This document shows positions 26,139 to 33,607 of a DNA stretch of 33,951 nucleotides, piece after piece (position 1 is the stretch's first letter; every line of letters starts with the position of its first letter). The notes under the pieces are model-generated. The model was not told the origin of the DNA and did not search any database. It saw only the letters and a program-made list of their open reading frames with translations. This DNA is from an uncultured Acidobacteriota bacterium (GTDB taxonomy: Bacteria; Acidobacteriota; HRBIN11; JAKEFK01), in NCBI GenBank assembly GCA_964504105.1, contig CAZDDB010000005.1, positions 1-33,951 on the forward strand. The letters are read 5' to 3'. The position numbers and the translations under genes were made by a program.

Positions 26139-26234
26139 TCACCACGGAGGCACGGAGATACGGAGGAGAGGAAACCACAGATGAACAGCGACAAACACGA
26201 CGCGGCCACCGGCCGGCGGTTCGCTTTCGTGGTT
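26139..26234. repeat. Family A arms (one lone arm plus one degenerate hairpin)
   Basis: TCACCACGGAGGCACGGAGATACGGAG, then AACCACAGATGAAC ... GTTCGCTTTCGTGGTT. Confidence 0.75.
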
Positions 26235-26263
26235 GGGCAGGCTTCTTTAGGTTATCATGGCAG

Positions 26264-27130
26264 ATGCGCGGGAGTGGTTCAATGAATAGCGTGATCGCGA
26301 TAGGAACTGTCCCCTGGACCAGGGAAGAAATGAGAGACTCACTCGCAGAGTTTCGAACAATCTATGACGGGAGACCGATCGCTGACAATAGCGGTGGGAT
26401 GAAATCTCCCCACATGTTTTTAACCTGGTTTGTGTTGAAGAAGCTCAAACCGAAAGCAATTGTGGAAAGTGGCGTCTGGTTCGGTCAGGGAACCTGGCTC
26501 TTTGAGCAAGCATGTCCTGATGCTGAACTTCACTGCATAGATCTGAATCTGAATCGCATTCAATACAGATCAAAAAAGGCGAAATACTACGACCGCGATT
26601 TCTCCACAATCGATTGGAGTCATTTGCCGAAGAAAGAGACAGTTCTTTTCTTCGATGACCATCAGAATGCTTACGAACGCGTAAAGACTGCCGCGTGGTT
26701 CGGGTTCACACATTTCCTGATGGAAGACAATTACCCGCCATCCCAGGGTGATTGTTATTCTCTCAAGAAGATTTTTATGCACTCCGGTTTCACTCCGGGT
26801 ACAGGAACATCCGCGCAGTCCAGAGTAAAAGAAAAAATAGGAAATCTACTCGGAATACGGGGATCTAATCAAGATCATATTTCACCAAACGATGTCGATG
26901 AGAAGTACCTCAGGCAAAACGTTGCGGTGTACTGCGAGATGCCTCCCGTCTTCAAAACTGCCCGGACCAGATGGGGAGATTTGTGGGATGACGAGAATTA
27001 CCCGACTCCGGTCCCCTTGCTCACGTCAGTGGAGAAGGAATATCAACGGATATTTCTGGATGAAGCGGACTATTACACATGGATCTGCTATGTGAAATTA
27101 AAAAGCCGGCAGCCGGAGCCTTGCCCCTGA
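26264..27130 (+). CDS. Hypothetical protein with class I SAM-dependent methyltransferase-like motifs
   Basis: LKPKAIVESGVWFGQGT (motif I-like), LHCID, LFFDDH, MEDNY. Alternative start at ATG 26282 behind GGGAG. Confidence 0.75.
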   Translation: MRGSGSMNSVIAIGTVPWTREEMRDSLAEFRTIYDGRPIADNSGGMKSPHMFLTWFVLKKLKPKAIVESGVWFGQGTWLFEQACPDAELHCIDLNLNRIQYRSKKAKYYDRDFSTIDWSHLPKKETVLFFDDHQNAYERVKTAAWFGFTHFLMEDNYPPSQGDCYSLKKIFMHSGFTPGTGTSAQSRVKEKIGNLLGIRGSNQDHISPNDVDEKYLRQNVAVYCEMPPVFKTARTRWGDLWDDENYPTPVPLLTSVEKEYQRIFLDEADYYTWICYVKLKSRQPEPCP

Positions 27131-27140
27131 ACGTTGCATA

Positions 27141-27162
27141 GCGCATGCGCATGCGCCCTTAC
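27141..27162 (-). repeat. REP-like palindrome between convergent genes
   Basis: GCGCATGCGCATGCGC is a perfect 16-bp palindrome; the reverse complement of the element begins GTAAGGGCGCA. Confidence 0.65.
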
Positions 27163-27168
27163 CATCTC

Positions 27169-28377
27169 TCAACGTTTTCCGTGAGCGAGTTTGGCGGCTT
27201 CGGGCAGACTGCGAAGACGGAGCATGGAAAGCACACCGAAGACAGGTCCGGGAGCAAGCGCGATAAATGCGAAACGCCACCCTACAACGCCCACGAGTTG
27301 CGGGATGAGGTGGATCGAAATGGTAGTCAGAAGGAAACCGAGACAGGTTTGCAGTGTGAGTGCGGTACCGATATATTGAGGATCGGCGAGTTCAGTAACA
27401 CAGGTGGAAAACTGGGCCGAATCCGCGATCACGGTTGCTCCCCAGATGACCATGATCAGCAGCAGCAGAGCAGGCGCATCAAAAGCGAAACCGGCAAGGA
27501 GACAACAGGCGCCGCTCATTGCCATGGCTCCGATGGTAACCGCCGTGCGTCCGATGCGGTCCGCGAGAATCCCCGCAGCGGCGCAGCTCAGCGCGCCGAT
27601 ACCGATCACCAGGTAGGAAGACAACTCGGCAAACTGCATGCGGCTTCCGTGCGCGGCCAGACTCGCGCGGATCATGACCGGCGCCCAGGTCCACATCGCG
27701 TACAGTTCCCACATGTGACCGAAGTAGCCGAAACTTGCCAGCCGCACGCCGCGATTGGCAAACACTTTTTTAGCCTGATGCAAATCGAACCGCGCCGCAG
27801 GCAGAGCATAGGGTCCATCTTCTACAAACAGCAAAACGATCATCCCGCCAATTGCCGTTAGAACAGAAGCGATCAGCAAGTTCTGCTGCCAATGGACGCT
27901 TCCAAGCGCATTCAATAAATAGGGAGACGCCTTTCCCAGTGTGAGGGCGCCGATCAACACACCGATCGCTGTACCGCGTCCCTTTTGAAACCACGTAGCC
28001 ATGATCTTCATCCCGGGGGGATAAACGCCGGCAAGAAACAGCCCCGTGCAGAAACGAAGCAGGGCTCCCTGAGCGAGATTGTCTGCGAAGTGCGCGAACG
28101 CGGCGTTGCTGAGCGCAGCGAGAAGAGCCGAGATCGCAAGAAGCCGGCGGGGATTCAGCACGTCGGGAAGATTCAGCAGGGCACTGAGGAACGTGCCTGC
28201 GACAAAACCAAATTGAACGGACAGAGTGAGCCATGCGGCTCCGGAATTGGAAAGATGCCACAGATCCCGCAAGACAGGAACCACCGCGGAAGCGCTAAAC
28301 CAGACACTCATCGCGAGCAGTTCGGCCAGCGATAACAGCACCATCGCGCGAACTGCTCTTGAAGTACCAAAGCTCAT
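27169..28377 (-). CDS. MFS transporter
   Basis: Multiple hydrophobic segments, motif-A-like GILADRIGR, GVYPPGMK, GHMWELYAMW. ATG 28377 overlaps the AraC-gene stop (ATGA). Confidence 0.92.
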   Translation of the reverse strand: MSFGTSRAVRAMVLLSLAELLAMSVWFSASAVVPVLRDLWHLSNSGAAWLTLSVQFGFVAGTFLSALLNLPDVLNPRRLLAISALLAALSNAAFAHFADNLAQGALLRFCTGLFLAGVYPPGMKIMATWFQKGRGTAIGVLIGALTLGKASPYLLNALGSVHWQQNLLIASVLTAIGGMIVLLFVEDGPYALPAARFDLHQAKKVFANRGVRLASFGYFGHMWELYAMWTWAPVMIRASLAAHGSRMQFAELSSYLVIGIGALSCAAAGILADRIGRTAVTIGAMAMSGACCLLAGFAFDAPALLLLIMVIWGATVIADSAQFSTCVTELADPQYIGTALTLQTCLGFLLTTISIHLIPQLVGVVGWRFAFIALAPGPVFGVLSMLRLRSLPEAAKLAHGKR

Positions 28378-28721
28378 GGCGTGCGGGCGGGACGTTCGCG
28401 CTCCCAATCTTTACGGAATGCGCCGGGTGTAATACCAACAATTATTTTAAAGCAGCGCGTGAAATGACTTTGATCGGCAAACCCCGTCTCCTGGGCAATC
28501 TCAATGATCGGACGCCCCTGGATCAGGAGAAGCTTCGTTTGCTCGATGCGCACATTCACAAGGTATTTGTGAGGAGATCGCCCGACTTCACGACGAAAAA
28601 TACGAATCAGATGATAAGCACTCCATCCGGAAATTTTCCTCAGATCCTGTAACAAGATCTCTTCCGCATAATGATTCTGAATGTATTCTTTGGTCCGCTC
28701 TACAGCCGGATTCCTCTTCAT
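28374..28721 (-). CDS. Stand-alone AraC-family double-HTH protein with no sensory domain
   Basis: YIQNHYAEEILLQDL..SAYHLIRIF..IAQETGFADQSHFTRCFK..GITPGAFR; 115 aa. Confidence 0.88.
   Translation of the reverse strand: MKRNPAVERTKEYIQNHYAEEILLQDLRKISGWSAYHLIRIFRREVGRSPHKYLVNVRIEQTKLLLIQGRPIIEIAQETGFADQSHFTRCFKIIVGITPGAFRKDWERERPARTP
28383..28406 (+). repeat. Family C REP-like hairpin inside the AraC-gene 3' end
   Basis: GCGGGC-GGGAC-GTTCGC-GCTCCCA; same layout as 20277-20298. Confidence 0.6.
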
Positions 28722-28727
28722 TGAAGT

Positions 28728-30236
28728 TTATACCAGAACTGCTCTTTTCTCCGGTTCCGGGCCGGCAGGCGTCTGCGACATGTGTTTCTTCAACACGCGC
28801 GCAATTCGTTTTACTCCTTCTTCCATTCTGGCAGAATCCAGCATGCTGAAAGGGAGACGCATGGTGTTGAGCTGAGGTGAATTTCCGTAAAACATTTCGC
28901 CCGGAGTAAAGAGAACTCCCAGCTGCGCTGCTTCCGGGAGAATGGAGGATGCATGGATGCTCCGCGGCAGAGTGATCCACACATTCATGCCGCCGGCCGG
29001 CCGGCTCCAGCGGGTTCCTTCGGGAAAATATCTTTCCAGCGCGCTCAATAGCCTGTTGCGGCGTTCTGCATATACCTTTCTTACGCGTTTCAGGTGACGC
29101 GTGAGCAAGCCGGAACTGGAAAGTTCGCATAAAGCGGCCTGCGAAATCAAATTTGTGTGGAGGTCCTGGGATTGCCGGGCAACCCGAAGACGGTCAATGA
29201 CCGCGCGATGCGCAACGACCCATCCCACGCGCATCCCGGGAAATCCGATCTTGGAAACACTATTTAAATAGATCACGATTCCGCGATCATCCAGAGCCTT
29301 GAGAGAAGGAAGCGCCGATCCTTCATAACGCAATTCCCCATAAATATCATCTTCAACAACCGGGACCCGGTAGAGCGACGCAAGCTGCAAGAGTCTTCGC
29401 CTCCCGGCGAGATCCAGAGTGCTGCCGGTCGGATTATGAAACGTTGGAATCGTATAAAGCAGCTTGGGTTGGTTGTGAACCAGGACATGCTCCAATGCCG
29501 CCAGATCGATTCCTTGGGCGCCTACTGGAATTCCAATGCAGCGCACATCTCGTGTGCTAAAAACATTGAGCGCTCCCGGGTAGGTTGGATTTTCGATCAG
29601 CACCGTATCACCGGGTTGTACAAGAATTTTACGGATCAGATCCAGCGATTGCTGACAGCCGTTTGTGATCAGAACTTCGTCCATGCTTGCCTGAATGCCA
29701 TGATGATTAAGTCCGTCGATCAGATGTTCGCGGAGGGGATCGTAACCAAAGCTGTCTCCGATTTGCAGCAGTGCCTGACCTTCTTTTCGCAAAACCCGGT
29801 TGACGCACATCCTGATATCTTCCAGAGGAAACAATTCAGGCGACGGAAGAGCGCAGGCAAACGAAATGACATCTTTCCGGCTTTGCAGATCGATCAGCTT
29901 ATGCAGCCGGTCCTGGGACGGATCCGTAACAAACATCGAATCCCATGCCAGTGGAGTAAACGATGGACGCGGCGTCCGGGAGACTCGAGTTTCCGGAACA
30001 GCGGCAACGAACGTGCCGCGTCCCACATGAGAATCGATAATCCCTTCACTCTGCAATTCCGCATACGCATTGATCACCGTGGTGCGATGGACACCCAGAG
30101 TCGCGGCGAGCTCACGTCCCGGCGGAAGCTGGTCGCCAATGTGAAGACTTCCATCGGCAAGATATGCCTTCACCTGCTCTACGATCTGCTGATACAGCGG
30201 AGTAGTGCTTTCCTTGTCAAGTTCAATTGGTCGCAT
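28728..30236 (-). CDS. MocR/GabR-family regulator (GntR wHTH plus PLP aminotransferase-like domain)
   Basis: PLYQQI..LPPGRELAATLGVHRTTV..GRGTFV; NPTG, EDDIY, SVSKIGFPGMRVGW. ATG 30236 preferred because ATG 30248 overlaps a TATAAT box. Confidence 0.93.
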   Translation of the reverse strand: MRPIELDKESTTPLYQQIVEQVKAYLADGSLHIGDQLPPGRELAATLGVHRTTVINAYAELQSEGIIDSHVGRGTFVAAVPETRVSRTPRPSFTPLAWDSMFVTDPSQDRLHKLIDLQSRKDVISFACALPSPELFPLEDIRMCVNRVLRKEGQALLQIGDSFGYDPLREHLIDGLNHHGIQASMDEVLITNGCQQSLDLIRKILVQPGDTVLIENPTYPGALNVFSTRDVRCIGIPVGAQGIDLAALEHVLVHNQPKLLYTIPTFHNPTGSTLDLAGRRRLLQLASLYRVPVVEDDIYGELRYEGSALPSLKALDDRGIVIYLNSVSKIGFPGMRVGWVVAHRAVIDRLRVARQSQDLHTNLISQAALCELSSSGLLTRHLKRVRKVYAERRNRLLSALERYFPEGTRWSRPAGGMNVWITLPRSIHASSILPEAAQLGVLFTPGEMFYGNSPQLNTMRLPFSMLDSARMEEGVKRIARVLKKHMSQTPAGPEPEKRAVLV

Positions 30237-30304
30237 ACTATGGTCCATTATATGATCATTTTAAGTCATGTAAAGAACCTTTTGAGGCGAAATAGATCCG
30301 CTTC

Positions 30305-30330
30305 TGGCTATTTATACAAAAAATAGCAAT
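30305..30330. promoter_or_regulatory. Inverted repeat; candidate MocR operator
   Basis: GCTATTT-N7-AAATAGC in the AT-rich divergent intergenic region. Confidence 0.4.
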
Positions 30331-30403
30331 TTTGTTCAAGACAATCCTGAGTCCCGGGCGATAGGCTTGAGCGTGCGGGCAGCCACAAATGGCATCTGCT
30401 TGT

Positions 30404-30428
30404 GGGGGACCACAAGGGCCGCCCCTAC
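30404..30428 (-). repeat. Family B REP-like element abutting the SD of the lyase gene
   Basis: Reverse complement GTAGGGGCGGCCCTTGTGGTCCCCC. Confidence 0.75.
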
Positions 30429-30439
30429 GGAGGAAATTT

Positions 30440-31582
30440 ATGAGCTGGAAGATGGAAACGAAAATATTACACGCAGGCGAACCGGAGCCGCGGGTTCAGG
30501 GGGCGGTTTGCATGCCGGTGTTTCAATCCACGATGTACGAACTGGAGGGGGAAGCGGGTTATCACGATATCCGTTACATTCGTCTGAACAACACGCCGAA
30601 TCATGTGGTGCTTCACAGGAAGCTGGCCGCGCTGGAAGATTCGGAAGCGGCCCTTGTCACGGCAAGCGGGATGGCGGCTATTTCTACGAGTCTAATGTCG
30701 GTGCTCAAATCGGGCGATCATCTTCTCGCACAAAATGGTTTGTACGGCGGCACTCATACATTTGTTACCGAGACTCTGCCGGAGTACGGGATTTCGGTGG
30801 ATTTTCTCGATGCCGCCGATGCGGGATCATGGAAGCAGAGACTGCGACCGAATACCAGGGCAATTTATGTGGAAGCGATGACCAATCCGCTATTGCACGT
30901 GGCGGACCACAAAGCAGTGACGGCCTTTGCGCGCGAGCATGATCTGGTTTCGCTGATCGACAGCACATTTGCGAGTCCGGTAAACTTCCGTCCGATCGAG
31001 ATCGGTTATGATCTTTCAATTCACAGCTGCACAAAGTATCTGAACGGCCATTCGGACATTGTTGCGGGAGCTGTGATGGGCCGTACGGAACGGATCCGGA
31101 AGATCACTCATTTGCTGAATCATCTTGGCGGATCGCTGGATCCCCATGCGTGCTTCCTGCTTCATCGCGGGATGAAGACTCTATCGGTGCGAATGAAGCA
31201 GCACAATGAGAGCGCTCTGAAGATTGCGCAGTTTCTGGAAACGCATCCGGCGGTTTCGCGTGTAAATTATCCGGGATTGGAGAGCCACCCGCATCACAGC
31301 CGCGCGCGTGAGCTGTTTCACGGATGCGGTGGTGTGATCAGTTTGGAGCTGAAATCCGGGCTACCTGCTGCGGAGCAACTGATCAGCAAGGTGAAGATAC
31401 CGATCCATACAGTCAGTTTGGGGGGTGTGGAAACGCTGATCACGCGTCCGGCAGCCACTTCGCATTCCGGTCTGACTGCCGAAGAGCGCAGGCGTTTCGG
31501 GATCCCGGAAGGACTTGTACGATTGTCGGTTGGGATTGAATCCACCGATGATTTAATCGAGGATCTAAGGCAAGCACTGTAG
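30440..31582 (+). CDS. Cys/Met metabolism PLP enzyme (cystathionine or methionine gamma-lyase family)
   Basis: PVFQST, YIRLNNTPN, SGMAAI, YGGT, DSTFASP, HSCTKYLNGHSD, SLGGVETL, RLSVGIE. SD GGAGG before ATG 30440. Confidence 0.93.
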   Translation: MSWKMETKILHAGEPEPRVQGAVCMPVFQSTMYELEGEAGYHDIRYIRLNNTPNHVVLHRKLAALEDSEAALVTASGMAAISTSLMSVLKSGDHLLAQNGLYGGTHTFVTETLPEYGISVDFLDAADAGSWKQRLRPNTRAIYVEAMTNPLLHVADHKAVTAFAREHDLVSLIDSTFASPVNFRPIEIGYDLSIHSCTKYLNGHSDIVAGAVMGRTERIRKITHLLNHLGGSLDPHACFLLHRGMKTLSVRMKQHNESALKIAQFLETHPAVSRVNYPGLESHPHHSRARELFHGCGGVISLELKSGLPAAEQLISKVKIPIHTVSLGGVETLITRPAATSHSGLTAEERRRFGIPEGLVRLSVGIESTDDLIEDLRQAL

Positions 31583-31587
31583 GGCGA

Positions 31588-31954
31588 ATGAGCAAATATC
31601 CTTTCTTGCAGGTTGATGCATTTACGGATCACGCGCTGGGAGGCAATCCGTGTGCAATCGTGCTGGATGCAGACGATCTGGAGCCGGCTACCATGCAGGC
31701 GATTGCGCTGGAAATGAATCTCTCTGAAACGTCGTTTGTAGTGCGATCGAGCATGGCTGATTTTCACGCCCGCGGGAGCCTATCTCTGGCATTATGGTCT
31801 GATCGGAAAACCGGTGTTTGTTGCCGAGCAAGGACACTGGATGAAGCGGCCCGGGCAGGCATCGGTGGAAGTTGTGGGACCGCGCCAGGACATCGAGACG
31901 GTCCGTGTGGGCGGACCGGCCGTGGTGGTGATGCGAGGAGAACTAATACTTTAG
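31588..31954 (+). pseudogene. PhzF-family isomerase with a large internal deletion and frameshift
   Basis: 31588-31773 encodes the PhzF N-terminus (QVDAFT..GGNPCAIV..MQAIALEMNLSETSFV). 31775-31954, in the +1 frame, encodes the C-terminus (GAYLWHYGLI..AEQGHWMKRPG..VRVGGPAVVVMRGELIL*). Confidence 0.88.
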
Positions 31955-31955
31955 A

Positions 31956-32438
31956 ATGAGAGCAGTCATTATGACCGAATGGACGCGGGGCGAATATAAG
32001 ATCAGCACGGACCGGACGCGTTTGGACGTGGACATGATTCATGGGTATCTGGACCGCTCGTACTGGGCCGCCGGAAGACCGGTCGAAGTGATCCGCCGTT
32101 CGATAGAAAATTCGTTATGCTTCGGCATCTACAAAGTAGAAACCCAGATCGGATTCGCGAGAGTTGTGACGGACTATGCCACGTTCGCATGGGTCGCAGA
32201 TGTTTTTGTGCTCGAAGAATTCCGCGGTCTGGGTCTTTCCAAGTGGCTCATGGAAATCATGATTGCCCATCCCGATCTCCAGGGCTTCCGGCGGTGGGCG
32301 CTGGCCACGAAAGACGCGCACGGTTTATATCGAAGATTCGGGTTCAACGAGCTGAAGCGTCCGGAACGCTGGATGGAACGGCACGATCCGGCGGCAAAGG
32401 AGAATCCGGATTACTGGACGCAAGAGAAGAAATCATGA
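31956..32438 (+). CDS. GNAT-family N-acetyltransferase
   Basis: SYWA, QIGFARVVTD, DVFVLEEFRGLGLSKWL (acetyl-CoA motif), DAHGLYRRFGF. Alternative start at 31971. Confidence 0.92.
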   Translation: MRAVIMTEWTRGEYKISTDRTRLDVDMIHGYLDRSYWAAGRPVEVIRRSIENSLCFGIYKVETQIGFARVVTDYATFAWVADVFVLEEFRGLGLSKWLMEIMIAHPDLQGFRRWALATKDAHGLYRRFGFNELKRPERWMERHDPAAKENPDYWTQEKKS

Positions 32439-32536
32439 ATGAACACGATCAAGCGCTCCGCAGTTTTGTATACAGTCATTTCAACCATTCTTCTCTTGCA
32501 CAGCTGGGGTTGAGCGCGCCATTCTGGAAGCTGTAG
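32435..32536 (+). pseudogene. 33-aa ORF, probably the fused ends of a MerB-like (alkylmercury lyase family) gene
   Basis: MNEHDQALRSFVYSHF + NHSSLAQLGLSAPFWKL*, ATGA-coupled to the GNAT gene. The termini resemble those I recall for MerB-like proteins; not verified. Confidence 0.45.
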
Positions 32537-32540
32537 GATT

Positions 32541-32586
32541 TCACCGCAGAGGCGCGTCTTTGCGGTCTTTGCGGTCTTTGCGGTTT
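32541..32586. repeat. Family A hairpin with a perfect 3 x 9-bp right arm
   Basis: TCACCGCAGAGGCGC followed by (GTCTTTGCG)x3 at 32556-32582. Confidence 0.8.
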
Positions 32587-32604
32587 ATCATAAGATCTAC
32601 TGGA

Positions 32605-33450
32605 ATGGGTACGACCAATCTTCAGGGGAAGGTGTGCATGGTGACGGGGGCTAGCAGTGGGATTGGCCGGGCCGCGGCCATGGGCTTTGCGCGGTTGGGA
32701 GCAACTGTCGTTCTGGTTTGCCGCAATGAGCAGCGCGGCAGACAGGTCGTTGATGAGATCAGAAGTGACACTGGAAATCAGAATCTGCATTTGCTGATTG
32801 CGGATCTTTCTTCGCAGGCTTCAATCCGTCAGCTCGCTTCGAATTTTCGCGCGCAGTTTCAGCGTCTTCACGTGCTGGTGAACAATGCCGGAGTCGCAAT
32901 TCATACGAGGGCTCTTTCGCCGGACGGAATCGAGATGACTTTTGCCGTCAACCATCTCGGCTACTTCTTGCTCACCAATCTTCTTCTGGATTGCCTGAAA
33001 GCGGCTGCGCCATCGCGTATCATCAATGTTTCTTCTGAGGCGCATCGGAACGCCAGGATCGATTTTGAAAATCTACAGGGAGTGAAAGACTATTCGGGAT
33101 TCAAGGCCTATTGCCTGTCGAAACTTTGTAACGTTCTATTCACCCGCGAGCTGGCCGGAAGACTGGAGGGAACAGGCGTTACGGTGAACAGCATGCATCC
33201 CGGTTTCTTGCGGACCGGAATTTTCCGGGAAACATCCGGATTCCTGAAGCTTCTGGTGACGATGACCGCGGGAAGCCCCGAAAAAGGCGCGCGGGCGATC
33301 GTTCATCTTGCCACCTCCCCGGAAGTGGAGAATCGTACCGGAAAATACTTTAAGGGCACGCGAGAGCGCCCGTCCGCGCTTGCATCCCAGGACCGGCAGA
33401 CATCCAAGCGGCTCTGGCAAATCAGCGCGCAAATGACTGGCCTGAGCTGA
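32605..33450 (+). CDS. Short-chain dehydrogenase/reductase (retinol-dehydrogenase-like)
   Basis: TGASSGIG, ADLSS, NNAG, NHLGYFLLT, VSS, YCLSK (YxxxK), HPG. Confidence 0.93.
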   Translation: MGTTNLQGKVCMVTGASSGIGRAAAMGFARLGATVVLVCRNEQRGRQVVDEIRSDTGNQNLHLLIADLSSQASIRQLASNFRAQFQRLHVLVNNAGVAIHTRALSPDGIEMTFAVNHLGYFLLTNLLLDCLKAAAPSRIINVSSEAHRNARIDFENLQGVKDYSGFKAYCLSKLCNVLFTRELAGRLEGTGVTVNSMHPGFLRTGIFRETSGFLKLLVTMTAGSPEKGARAIVHLATSPEVENRTGKYFKGTRERPSALASQDRQTSKRLWQISAQMTGLS

Positions 33451-33465
33451 TTTGTGTAAGTGTTC

Positions 33466-33494
33466 CTTTACGCGCTTTGCGGCTTTGGGAGAAA
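33466..33494. repeat. Lone family A right arm
   Basis: CTTTACGCGCTTTGCGGCTTTGGGAGAAA resembles the ...CTTTGCGAGAAA arm inside nadB. Confidence 0.6.
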
Positions 33495-33582
33495 TAAACA
33501 AAGCGGCATAGAACATGAACAAACCGGATCAGACCCGATGTAAGCCTTTCCGTCCCCAAAGAAACCATTCGGGGTGGGAGAA

Positions 33583-33591
33583 TGCTATCAT
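33583..33591 (+). promoter_or_regulatory. Extended -10 (TGCTATCAT)
   Basis: 16 nt upstream of ATG 33608. Confidence 0.45.
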
Positions 33592-33607
33592 CAGTCCAGA
33601 AACAGTT

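Noticed and set aside
30253-30439. SAM or other riboswitch upstream of the Cys/Met lyase
   Set aside because: No recognisable riboswitch consensus; the visible structure is a REP copy and a short inverted repeat.
31588-31959. 123-aa ORF as an intact protein, or as a programmed frameshift
   Set aside because: Sequence after codon 62 is out-of-frame PhzF C-terminus. No slippery site is evident, and even a shifted product would lack the catalytic core.
32556-32582. Tandem repeats here and at 4616-4680 and 11413-11473 considered as CRISPR arrays
   Set aside because: Units are 8-9 nt with no unique spacers, and there are no cas genes.
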